DNA from: Candidatus Micrarchaeota archaeon
Lineage (GTDB): Archaea; Micrarchaeota; Micrarchaeia; Micrarchaeales; CABMGC01
Direction: 5' to 3'
DNA length: 64,000 bases
Assembly (NCBI GenBank): GCA_021818925.1
Contig: JAKASU010000003.1
Coordinates: 2,806-66,805, forward strand
Part shown: piece after piece, positions 54,946-62,876 of the stretch
How the letters are laid out: each line of letters opens with the position of its first letter
Position numbering within the stretch: position 1 is the stretch's first letter
Made by a program: the position numbers and the translations under genes
Notes under the pieces: generated by a model
Told to the model about the DNA's origin: nothing
Database searches by the model: none
Seen by the model: only the letters and a program-made list of their open reading frames with translations

Positions 54946-55383
54946 CTACCTTCCGCGATAAGGCTTGATCTCCTTCCTTTCCCTCACAACGATGGCCTTG
55001 GCCCTGCCAACTTCCTTCGGGAACTCTTTCCCACGGCTGAGGAGGTTTGTCTCCGCCTTCTTGGCCTTGAACTTCTCCGATATATAGCGCACGGCCTTGT
55101 CGGTGTCGAATGCCTTGCAGGAGAAGATGTCAACAGACGCATACCTCTGACGGACAAAGGTGTGTATGCTGATGTGCGACGTTGCTATTATCACGAAAGC
55201 GGATATGCCTCCCTTGTCGAACGTTCCGGCGCTGCCCTCGTAGGGGAGTATCTGCGGTGCGCTTATCTTCTTCATGTTCAGCAGCGAGGGCATCTCGTCG
55301 AGTATGCGGAACAAGTGAGAGGTGTCCTTGAGCAGCTTCGCATCACAGCCGTACAGATCTATGGTTAGATGGGGTCCGAACAT
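54946..55383 (-). CDS. speH: S-adenosylmethionine decarboxylase proenzyme (pyruvoyl-dependent, SpeH type)
   Basis: GPHLTIDLYGCD and the self-cleavage region ATSHISIHTF. About 145 aa. Confidence 0.85.
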   Translation of the reverse strand: MFGPHLTIDLYGCDAKLLKDTSHLFRILDEMPSLLNMKKISAPQILPYEGSAGTFDKGGISAFVIIATSHISIHTFVRQRYASVDIFSCKAFDTDKAVRYISEKFKAKKAETNLLSRGKEFPKEVGRAKAIVVRERKEIKPYRGR

Positions 55384-55658
55384 ATCTTGCCCTTATTTCC
55401 CCAAGTCAGCAGTGATCTTGTAGCAAGAAGCAGAATCAGAGTCTGTCGGCGCTGTTGTTCCGAACAGTTCCACGAGTGAAACCATCCTTATCCTTTTGTT
55501 GTAGGGTTTGTTTGCAGTATAACTTATTTAAGCTTATTTCCTCCGCCCTATGTAATGCGCGTGCGGCTTTCGGAGCTTCAGGTCAGATATTTTAAAGAGT
55601 TATTGTCAAGTAAGTCAAGGGAGGTGTTTAGGTAGCAAGGATCCTGGTCACCGCTGCG

Positions 55659-57275
55659 TTGCCTTATGTCTACTCTGTGCCCCATCTGGGGAACTTCGTG
55701 GGCTCTGTGCTGCCAGCCGACGTCTACTACAAGTACCTGAAGATGAAGGGCGACGACGCCATCTTCATCTGCGGCTCGGACCAACACGGGACGCCAACGG
55801 AGCTTGCCGCTATAAAGAAAGGCATAGAACCGTCCGTTCTGGCTGACGAGATGCACGAAAGAGTCAAGAAGCTTTTTGAGAAGTACGGCTGCACATTCAC
55901 GCACTACGGCAAAACAAACACACCGGAAAACAAGGAAGTAGTATACAGTATCTTTAATGAACTTTATAACAACGGCTACCTGCTGGAAAGAGAAGACATG
56001 CAAGCCTATTGCAATGTTGACAAACGTTTCCTTACTGATAGGTTCATACAAGGAACCTGCCCCTACTGCCATAAGAAAAGCGCACGCGGCGACCAGTGCG
56101 ACAACTGCGGGAGGCTGCTTGAGCCGTCTCAGATAATTGAGCCTTTCTGCGCGATATGCGGCAAGAGCGATATAACTTTTATTAAAACCAAAAACCTTGC
56201 ACTTGAGCTTAACAAACTGCAACCAGATATAGCCAAATTCATAAAATCAAATTCCAAATACAACTGGAGCAAAGACGCCATCAACAAATCTCTAAGCCTG
56301 TTAAAAGAAGGGCTTAAACCAAGAGACATAACGAGGAACATGAAATGGGGCTTCCCCGTGCCTCTGATAGGCTACGAGAACTCCGTGATTTACGTCTGGA
56401 TAACGGGCCTGATAGGTTATATCGGTATAACAAAAGAGTGGGACTCGAAGAGATGGCGTGACTACTGGCAGAACGAGCACACGCAGCTCATCCAGTTCCT
56501 AGGAAAGGACAACACAATTTTCCATACAATAATATGGCCCGGTATGGCAATCGGATCAAGGCTCGGTTTCATAATGCCTCATACAATCAAAGAGTCGCAG
56601 TTTTTGGTGTCAGAGACAGTTAAATTCTCAAAAAGCCATGGAGTGGGGCTTAACATGAGCGCCGCACTCGAGATACTCGAAGCCGATTATTGGAGATTCG
56701 CCCTGATGCACATGTACCCTGAGAACGCTGACAGCGAGTTCACCGAGCGCGGGCTTGTGGAGACCGTGAACGTGATTATGAACGACAAGATAGGCAACCT
56801 GGCGCAGCGCGTGCTGAAGCTCTCGAAGAGCAACAGGTTCCTTGTTGAGGGCGACATATCGGTCGATGATGCAGCTGTCAAGAAGATAATCAAGGATTAC
56901 TGCGACGCTTTCGACAATATGCAGCTGAAGAAGGCCATAGGAACTGTGGTCAGGCTGGCGGACCTCGGCAACGGCATAATGAGCAAGAAGGAACCGTGGA
57001 TGCTAGCCAAGAAGGCAAAGGACGATGCGAAGGCCGAGAGACAGTCAAAGAAGATATTTTCGGAGCTGCTCGCCATAACGTACGCGATGGGCATACTGCT
57101 TTATCCGTTCGCCCCGAAGGCGAGCGCCGAACTCCTGTCGTACTTCGGGATAGACACAGAACCTACGTTGGAGATGCTTAACAACAAAGTTAAGCCAAAT
57201 CTCGATGAAGAGCCCAAGCCGATCTTCCAGAAGATGACGAACAAGGAGATAGAGAAACTGAAGAAGTACGCATGA
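55659..57275 (+). CDS. metG: methionine--tRNA ligase (catalytic core only, no C-terminal tRNA-binding domain); true start probably upstream at about 55632-55641
   Basis: PHLGN (HIGH variant), zinc knuckles CPYCHKK...CDNCG and KFSKS (KMSKS). The first canonical start (TTG at 55659) cuts off the conserved strand ARILVTAA, which is encoded just upstream. Confidence 0.92.
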   Translation: MPYVYSVPHLGNFVGSVLPADVYYKYLKMKGDDAIFICGSDQHGTPTELAAIKKGIEPSVLADEMHERVKKLFEKYGCTFTHYGKTNTPENKEVVYSIFNELYNNGYLLEREDMQAYCNVDKRFLTDRFIQGTCPYCHKKSARGDQCDNCGRLLEPSQIIEPFCAICGKSDITFIKTKNLALELNKLQPDIAKFIKSNSKYNWSKDAINKSLSLLKEGLKPRDITRNMKWGFPVPLIGYENSVIYVWITGLIGYIGITKEWDSKRWRDYWQNEHTQLIQFLGKDNTIFHTIIWPGMAIGSRLGFIMPHTIKESQFLVSETVKFSKSHGVGLNMSAALEILEADYWRFALMHMYPENADSEFTERGLVETVNVIMNDKIGNLAQRVLKLSKSNRFLVEGDISVDDAAVKKIIKDYCDAFDNMQLKKAIGTVVRLADLGNGIMSKKEPWMLAKKAKDDAKAERQSKKIFSELLAITYAMGILLYPFAPKASAELLSYFGIDTEPTLEMLNNKVKPNLDEEPKPIFQKMTNKEIEKLKKYA

Positions 57276-57278
57276 GAG

Positions 57279-57806
57279 TCATGTGTACCTGGCGTTAAGG
57301 TTTGCGACCTGCTGTATCACGTTTCCATAGCCGGGCACGGTGTAATTGAGCCACACGAATCCGGTGTAGCTGTTGCCCAGGCTACCGGACGCCACTCCAG
57401 TGTTTGAGTAGCAGTACAGCTCCATCGTGTTGCTGGATCCGCTGTACAGGCTTATACCCGTACCTGGAGAGTTCGTCCCGAAGTAGTAGGCGGGTGTGTT
57501 CGAGACATAGACGTTGCCGTATGCTGGATTATTCCCTATCGAGTTCGGCGTCGACGCGCACGCCGCACCTTCTATCTGGATGGTGCCACCCGTAGCCTGC
57601 GAAAGTTGTATGGTGAGTATTCCACTCCTGTTCAGTATGAAGGCGTCGCACGAGAAGCCGGGGGAAGCGGTGCATGAAGAAACAGCAAGCTCCGGCGTGA
57701 GTATGCTTACTTTGTAGATCACCGCGAGCGCTATGAAGATTATTATCAGGGCTATCCCGTAGGACATCATGAAGTCGACGGCTGCCTGTGCCTTCAGGTG
57801 CTGCAT
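57279..57806 (-). CDS. type IV pilin-like secreted protein (class III signal peptide)
   Basis: MQHLKA|QAAVDFMMSYGIALIIIFIALAVI (Q+1, D+5, hydrophobic helix). Ser/Thr/Gly/Asn-rich body. Confidence 0.6.
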   Translation of the reverse strand: MQHLKAQAAVDFMMSYGIALIIIFIALAVIYKVSILTPELAVSSCTASPGFSCDAFILNRSGILTIQLSQATGGTIQIEGAACASTPNSIGNNPAYGNVYVSNTPAYYFGTNSPGTGISLYSGSSNTMELYCYSNTGVASGSLGNSYTGFVWLNYTVPGYGNVIQQVANLNARYT

Positions 57807-57832
57807 AAGTAGGTATCAGAATTCGAGTTTAT

Positions 57833-58333
57833 TTATCTTGTCCTTTTTGCTTTTCGTGCAAAGATGCTTATCCAAGTGTCATTTTCAGAATCGTTCCTCA
57901 CATACTCTGTCAACGAAACAAATCCATTCTGCTCAACAAGCCGTTTCAGCTCCGAATCGGAGTAGTTTGCAAAGAACCTGCGTGTGCCATCTGGATACTT
58001 TTTGAGAACTTCTCCCTCGCCCCTCTTAACCGAGATGAACAGGATTCCGAGGTCGTCAAGCACGTCGCCAAGTCCTTTCAGCACCGAAGGTGCATCTTCT
58101 TTCCTGATGTGCAGCAGGCTTGCGCAGCACCATATTCCATCGAATTTTCTGTCACCAAGATGAAGCGCCAACATATCTTGTACAAGGAAAGCTGCCTTTG
58201 GCGCATGTGTTTTCGCCAACTTAATCATTTCCTCAGACGCATCGACTCCCAAAACATCATATCCCTTCTCTGAAAAGTATTTGGAGTCTCTTCCAAATCC
58301 ACATCCAACATCGAGTATTCTCTTTCCTCTCAA
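57833..58333 (-). CDS. class I SAM-dependent methyltransferase; the reading frame stays open and homologue-like up to 58444
   Basis: Motif I ILDVGCGFGRD lies only 5 aa after the TTG at 58333. The 37 upstream codons read ITDVETIKTYNKIAAFYKQTHNTVDFWKREYADFEKL. Confidence 0.85.
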   Translation of the reverse strand: MRGKRILDVGCGFGRDSKYFSEKGYDVLGVDASEEMIKLAKTHAPKAAFLVQDMLALHLGDRKFDGIWCCASLLHIRKEDAPSVLKGLGDVLDDLGILFISVKRGEGEVLKKYPDGTRRFFANYSDSELKRLVEQNGFVSLTEYVRNDSENDTWISIFARKAKRTR

Positions 58334-58462
58334 AAGTTTCTCAAAATCTGCGTATTCCCTTTTCCAAAAGTCTACAGTATTATGCGTCTGCTTGTAAAAT
58401 GCAGCTATCTTGTTATATGTTTTGATAGTTTCAACATCGGTGATTTAAACACCAGCAAAGCG

Positions 58463-59080
58463 TTACTTTACCTTTATTTCGACCTTGGCCTCAAAGTCAG
58501 AAACGCTTGGCTTGAACTCGTCGTTGCCCTTTATCAAGCCCTTCTCCTTCATGAACTCCCTTGCGAGCAACCAGTAGATGAGGGCTATCGAGCGCCTGCT
58601 CTTGTTGTTGCATGGTATGATCAGGTCCACGAACTTTATCCAGTTGTCTGTGTCGCAGAGTGCGACTATCGGTGCGTTTATCTTGCTCGCCTCCTTTACA
58701 GCCTGCCTCTCGTTCCTGGTGTCGCTCACCAGCACTATCTCGGGCTCGAAGAAATCATCCCTGTTTGGGTTCGTGAACACGCCAGGCATAACCCTGCCCT
58801 CTACCATGTGCGTGCCCGTTATCTCGGCGAACTTCTTCGCCGGCGTAATGGCGTAGATCCTCGATGCCGTGACCACTATCTCCTTCTGTTCGTACTTCGA
58901 AAGCAGCTTTGCGGCCGCCTTTATCCTCTTGTCAGTGATGTCGACGTCGAGCATGTACAGGCCGTCGCCCCTTCTCTTGCTTATGAACCTGCTCATTCCA
59001 GGGGTTCGCACCATCGTGCCCGCCTGGATGTGCGAGTAAGTGTACTCGTTCTGGTCCACAAGGGTTTCTTCACTAGTCAT
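58463..59080 (-). CDS. rps2: 30S ribosomal protein S2
   Basis: HIQAGTMVRTPGMSRFISKRRGDGLYMLDV, and VLVSDTRNERQAVKEA with PIVALCDTDN. Confidence 0.95.
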   Translation of the reverse strand: MTSEETLVDQNEYTYSHIQAGTMVRTPGMSRFISKRRGDGLYMLDVDITDKRIKAAAKLLSKYEQKEIVVTASRIYAITPAKKFAEITGTHMVEGRVMPGVFTNPNRDDFFEPEIVLVSDTRNERQAVKEASKINAPIVALCDTDNWIKFVDLIIPCNNKSRRSIALIYWLLAREFMKEKGLIKGNDEFKPSVSDFEAKVEIKVK

Positions 59081-59094
59081 TTCACCACGTTTTA

Positions 59095-59189
59095 CGGGGT
59101 CGCCGCGATTTCCAAGCAGTCATCTGCTCTTTGAACGCGGGTCTTGTGCGCCCTAGGCACAAAGCCTAACCAAGCTAGCCGACGACCCC
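59095..59189 (-). tRNA. tRNA with a 21-nt insertion (putative non-canonical intron) in the T-loop; apparent anticodon AGG (Pro)
   Basis: Hand-folded. Acceptor GGGGTCG/CGACCCC; D arm GGCT-AGCTTGGTTA-GGCT (2 G.U pairs); anticodon arm TGTGC-CTAGGGC-GCACA. T stem CCGCG/CGCGG encloses TTCAAAGAGCAGATGACTGCTTGGAAAT; removing 21 nt restores TTCAAAT. Confidence 0.7.
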
Positions 59190-59229
59190 GCAGCTAGTTT
59201 ATCGCGCAAGATGTTCTTATTCCTATTGC

Positions 59230-59430
59230 TTATTTCCTTCCGTAGTTTATTATCTCGTCAATCAGGTCCACATGACCTACAAGCATGCGCCTGCAGCAGT
59301 ATCTCTTTACCCCAAGGTCGTCGAGCACCTTGCCCGCATCCTCGCCGTTCTTGTTGACACGCTTGTCAAACTCTTCCCACTTGTCTGCAACGACCTGTCC
59401 GCATGAGAAACATCTTACTGGAACCATCAT
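59230..59430 (-). CDS. rpoN: DNA-directed RNA polymerase subunit N (Rpo10)
   Basis: [11 protein letters not shown]...YCCRRML zinc-bundle signature. Confidence 0.95.
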   Translation of the reverse strand: MMVPVRCFSCGQVVADKWEEFDKRVNKNGEDAGKVLDDLGVKRYCCRRMLVGHVDLIDEIINYGRK

Positions 59431-59600
59431 ATTGTATCCCTCCTTTTCTCTTTCGCTATTTCGATTTCAGCATCGGTTCTTGCGCTTGCAAGCAACGCGT
59501 TCGCCTTTAGCAAATTTGCCTTTCTCTGCCTTTCTGCGGCCTCCGCTCCGTCGCCGACTGAGACGAAACCGACACCTTTTCTGCGATTCGATATTGCCAT
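59427..59600 (-). CDS. possible 57-aa protein between rps9 and rpoN
   Basis: The ATG lies 4 nt after the rps9 stop and the stop overlaps the rpoN ATG (ATGA). Sequence: [57 protein letters not shown]. No family recognised. Confidence 0.35.
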   Translation of the reverse strand: MAISNRRKGVGFVSVGDGAEAAERQRKANLLKANALLASARTDAEIEIAKEKRRDTI

Positions 59601-59604
59601 ATCA

Positions 59605-60138
59605 TCATCTATAGCTCTTCTGGAACCTGGCCCTAGCCTTCGGTCCCTTGAACTTCTTGGGCTCGACCTGTCGCACATCGTCAACGAGCAGGGTTCTATC
59701 GTAATCCATGTACATCTTCTTTATCACATCGCTTGTCGAGGCCTTTGCTATCACCTTCGCGAGCACGCTCCTCGCCGCCTGCGCCTGTCCGCTAGATCCG
59801 CCGCCATAGACCACTATTCCTATGTCAGACTTGCCCGCGATATCCTTTGTCAAACTGCTTATGTTGACCGGCTCCAGTATCATCTCCCTCAGTTCCCTCG
59901 GCTTTACAGTGCTTATGTCAAAGCTGTTGATCGTTATCCTTGCAGTGCCTGGCACAAGGCTGGCCCTGGCTACTGCCATCTTCCTTCTTGCGCTCTCAGT
60001 GACAGGCTTGTTCTTCTTCGAGACCGCCCTTCTCTTGGCCGGGGCCTTCTTGGTTGCCTGCTTCTGCTGCGGCGCGGCCTGCGGGATAACAGTAGCAAGC
60101 TCCTTGTTCAGATTGTCCAGTCCTGTTTCGTTTGCCAT
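59605..60138 (-). CDS. rps9: 30S ribosomal protein S9 with an Ala/Lys/Gln-rich N-terminal extension of about 45 aa
   Basis: RRKMAVARASLVPGTARITIN ... GGGSSGQAQAARSVLAK ... ARARFQKSYR. Confidence 0.92.
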   Translation of the reverse strand: MANETGLDNLNKELATVIPQAAPQQKQATKKAPAKRRAVSKKNKPVTESARRKMAVARASLVPGTARITINSFDISTVKPRELREMILEPVNISSLTKDIAGKSDIGIVVYGGGSSGQAQAARSVLAKVIAKASTSDVIKKMYMDYDRTLLVDDVRQVEPKKFKGPKARARFQKSYR

Positions 60139-60578
60139 CAATTCATCCTGTATCCAAGTCTTTCCGAAAGCTCCCCGATTGTTATCGAGCGCTCATAAGT
60201 GCCATGCTTGTCCTTGACCTGCGCCTTTTCCACCTTGCCAGTCACAATATCTGCCGGAGTGCCTACGTAAACGCGCAACCTCTTGAACGCATCCTTGCCC
60301 TTCGCCTTCTTCCAGGGCAGCATGCCCCTGACCACGCGCTTCACAAGCAGGTCTGGCCTCCTCGACCAGTATGGTGAGTGCTCCGGGTTCGCCTTGTCAA
60401 TGAACTCGAGCTTCTGCTTGTAATCGGCGACTATGTCGCTCACGTGGCCGCTGATAGCCGCCCTCTCTGCGTTAACGAGCGTGACCTTCGAGCCCTGGAG
60501 AAGCAGCTTCGCGGTGTGGCTTGCCAGCCTTCCCAGTATCTGCGAGTCGCAATCTATAAAGTATTCCTTCTCAGCCAT
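60138..60578 (-). CDS. rpl13: 50S ribosomal protein L13
   Basis: IDCDSQILGRLASHTAKLLLQG and RVVRGMLPWKKAKG. Confidence 0.93.
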   Translation of the reverse strand: MAEKEYFIDCDSQILGRLASHTAKLLLQGSKVTLVNAERAAISGHVSDIVADYKQKLEFIDKANPEHSPYWSRRPDLLVKRVVRGMLPWKKAKGKDAFKRLRVYVGTPADIVTGKVEKAQVKDKHGTYERSITIGELSERLGYRMN

Positions 60579-60625
60579 CCACTTTACCTTTGGTTTTTAC
60601 TGTTATTAACTTTTGCGTGAGCATC

Positions 60626-60711
60626 TGCGGGGGAAGGGATTTGAACCCTTGCAGGTTCTAGACCACAAGAGCCTCAGTCTTGCGCATTTGGCCAAGCTCT
60701 GCCACCCCCGC
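60626..60711 (-). tRNA. tRNA-Leu(GAG), type II
   Basis: Hand-folded. Acceptor GCGGGGG/CCCCCGC; anticodon arm CAAGA-CTGAGGC-TCTTG. 15-nt variable arm; T arm AAGGG-TTCAAAT-CCCTT; discriminator A. Confidence 0.9.
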
Positions 60712-60718
60712 GCTTATT

Positions 60719-61288
60719 CTATTTCTTCAGCTCTTTGTGCACATCTTTCAATCCAGAACTTATTATATCCAGCGCCCGTCGCGCTATCTCGTTGGCGTTC
60801 ATCTGTCCGAACGATTCAAAATAGAATTCAAAGTCCTTGCCGTTCTTCGTCTTGTAGCTTGCTATTCCGGGCTGGAACTTTGCGCTCCTGTTTCCAGTTC
60901 CGACAACCGCCTTGCCGTCAACGTGCAGCCTCTGACCCTCAGCAAGTTTTATTATCGGTATGTTGGGGTTTGCGACTTTCACGTTCTTGTCGCTGCTCTT
61001 GAGTTCCTTCGAGTATACCGTCGCGGGGCCCTCGGCCTCAAGCGAGAACACCACCTCGTCCTTCTCGTCGTAGTCCTTCGGGGTAAGTATGGGCACCAGG
61101 CCGAGCCTGTGCGCCAGGTATTCGTCGAAAATGGCGCTCGTGTTCTCGTAGAACGTAACGCTGTCTATCGCGAAGCAGTTGACCCTTCCTATGACCGTCC
61201 TGCGTATCGCGTTGGCCATTCCGTAGCCTATGCCGCTTACGTCTATGCGCATGACCTGTGGTGAGTTCTCGATGACGCTAACCTTCAT
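60719..61288 (-). CDS. rpoD: DNA-directed RNA polymerase subunit D (Rpo3), short form
   Basis: MRIDVSGIGYGMANAIRRTVIG, FDEYLAHRLGLVPI. The start at MKVSV (61288) is used; the longer ORF to 61570 is rejected. Confidence 0.88.
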   Translation of the reverse strand: MKVSVIENSPQVMRIDVSGIGYGMANAIRRTVIGRVNCFAIDSVTFYENTSAIFDEYLAHRLGLVPILTPKDYDEKDEVVFSLEAEGPATVYSKELKSSDKNVKVANPNIPIIKLAEGQRLHVDGKAVVGTGNRSAKFQPGIASYKTKNGKDFEFYFESFGQMNANEIARRALDIISSGLKDVHKELKK

Positions 61289-61369
61289 CAAATCAGTCAA
61301 GAATAAGGCAAAAGCCTTATTTATATCTGAGTTAAGAGTATTTAAACATAACTGCTGCGAGACACGAGT

Positions 61370-61957
61370 ATGGATTTCTGGCACGTTTACGAGGCAGAAA
61401 AGGCGAAGGAGCAGTTCGGCACCGGCAGGGTGTACGTGGCTTCCAGAGACAGGATACACGTATCGCTCTCTCACGTCGAGCGCTACAGCACGTTTCTCGC
61501 CATGAACCAGGGCACCGCGAGGAGATTCACCGAGGAGGCGAGGTACATAATAACAAAGGACCTCACGCACGATCTCCTCATCTCGATCTACGATGTCAAC
61601 ACCACCGAGTCTGTCGTACTCAGGTTCTCTGAAGCGTTGGGCGAGGGCGCAGTAAGGCGAGCACTCGCTCCTGTGAGAAAGCTGAAGAAGCCAAACCTCG
61701 AGATGCGCGTCATTGGCATGCAGGACAAGGACATCGAGCTGCTCGCCACCGCAGACAGGCTCTACTCAGCAGCAAAGCCCGCCCTGATAGAGGTCGACCT
61801 TTTCGGCACCGAGACGAGGCACATAGCATTCGACACCAAGCTGGGCATGACGTTCAACCTCCTCCTGCTAAACCGCATATATAGGCCGCACGAGCTTGCA
61901 ACAACGATAAGCGCAGACGACTATGCCAAGAACAAGTCAGAAATCAAGTTCGTTTAG
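61370..61957 (+). CDS. hypothetical 195-aa protein
   Basis: ORF divergent from rpoD. No family recognised. Confidence 0.45.
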   Translation: MDFWHVYEAEKAKEQFGTGRVYVASRDRIHVSLSHVERYSTFLAMNQGTARRFTEEARYIITKDLTHDLLISIYDVNTTESVVLRFSEALGEGAVRRALAPVRKLKKPNLEMRVIGMQDKDIELLATADRLYSAAKPALIEVDLFGTETRHIAFDTKLGMTFNLLLLNRIYRPHELATTISADDYAKNKSEIKFV

Positions 61958-61988
61958 AAAGTAATATGAGCATCAGAAAAGAGCAGTA

Positions 61989-62303
61989 TTGGTTAGCATG
62001 TCCCAGACGGCATGGTACCCTAGAAAGATACGCGCGGCGAAGGACTTTATCGCTATAATGTTTGCAGAGGGAGCTTTCATCGCGGGTTTCGGAGCTGCCA
62101 AAGCGCCTGATACAGTCATGGAAGCGCTGGCATCTGCGGTTCGCAACCCAAGCATCCCAAATGTCGTAGCAAACGCCCTGTCAATAGCTGTGGACGCCAC
62201 AGTAATAGGAGGAGGCTTGATAATGGTATACAAGGCGCACCATTACTTCAACGAGCTCAAAAGCCTGGTCAGGCAGAATGCGGCATCAGAGATCAGAGCT
62301 TGA
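61989..62303 (+). CDS. hypothetical 104-aa protein (two weakly hydrophobic helices)
   Basis: ORF only. Confidence 0.35.
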   Translation: MVSMSQTAWYPRKIRAAKDFIAIMFAEGAFIAGFGAAKAPDTVMEALASAVRNPSIPNVVANALSIAVDATVIGGGLIMVYKAHHYFNELKSLVRQNAASEIRA

Positions 62304-62835
62304 GCTCGTGCAGGTTCCTGTAGACGTGCCCGTAGGGCGTAAGGCTGCTCTCCTTCAGCGATATCGAAGACGCAATGAACGAGCCTGCATCCGCGTTCGC
62401 GTTCTTCTCCAGCGCCTCCCTTAGCCTTCGCATCTCGTTTACGCGTTTTACTCGCGCTATCGTAAGATGCGGCGTGTAGTTCTTCTCTTTGTCGAAACCC
62501 ACTCCTCTTGATGTCAGCGCGCTCCCGAGCTTCGCGTAGAGCTCGCGCAGCTCCTTCGTTCCCTTGTCGGTGCCTATGTATATGACCCTGATCAGGCGTG
62601 GCGTGAAATATGACACTCCAGAAAGCGACACCGCGAAAGGCTGGCGCTTGACCGAGTTTATGGCATCAACCGCATTCTCGGCCTGCGCAGCGTCTATCTC
62701 CCCGAGGAACTGGAGAGTGAGGTGCATCTCCTCCTTCTTGACCAGCGTGAGGCCGTCGATGCGGAAGTCGTTCTCTATCTCCTCCGCCCTCCGCCTCACA
62801 TGCTCCGGCACGTTCAACGCTATGAAAGCGCGCAT
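62293..62835 (-). CDS. thpR: RNA 2',3'-cyclic phosphodiesterase (2H family, LigT/ThpR)
   Basis: Two HxT motifs, HLTLQF and HLTIAR. MRAFIAL start. Confidence 0.85.
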   Translation of the reverse strand: MRAFIALNVPEHVRRRAEEIENDFRIDGLTLVKKEEMHLTLQFLGEIDAAQAENAVDAINSVKRQPFAVSLSGVSYFTPRLIRVIYIGTDKGTKELRELYAKLGSALTSRGVGFDKEKNYTPHLTIARVKRVNEMRRLREALEKNANADAGSFIASSISLKESSLTPYGHVYRNLHELKL

Positions 62836-62876
62836 AAACAACCTAATAAGCTTAAGTGACAATTCTTTTTGATTCT

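Noticed and set aside
61670-61850. A CheD-like resemblance in the 195-aa orphan (EMRVIGMQDK… DLFGTETRHIAFD).
   Set aside because: The similarity is from memory and very loose, and there are no chemotaxis genes in context. The gene is left as hypothetical.
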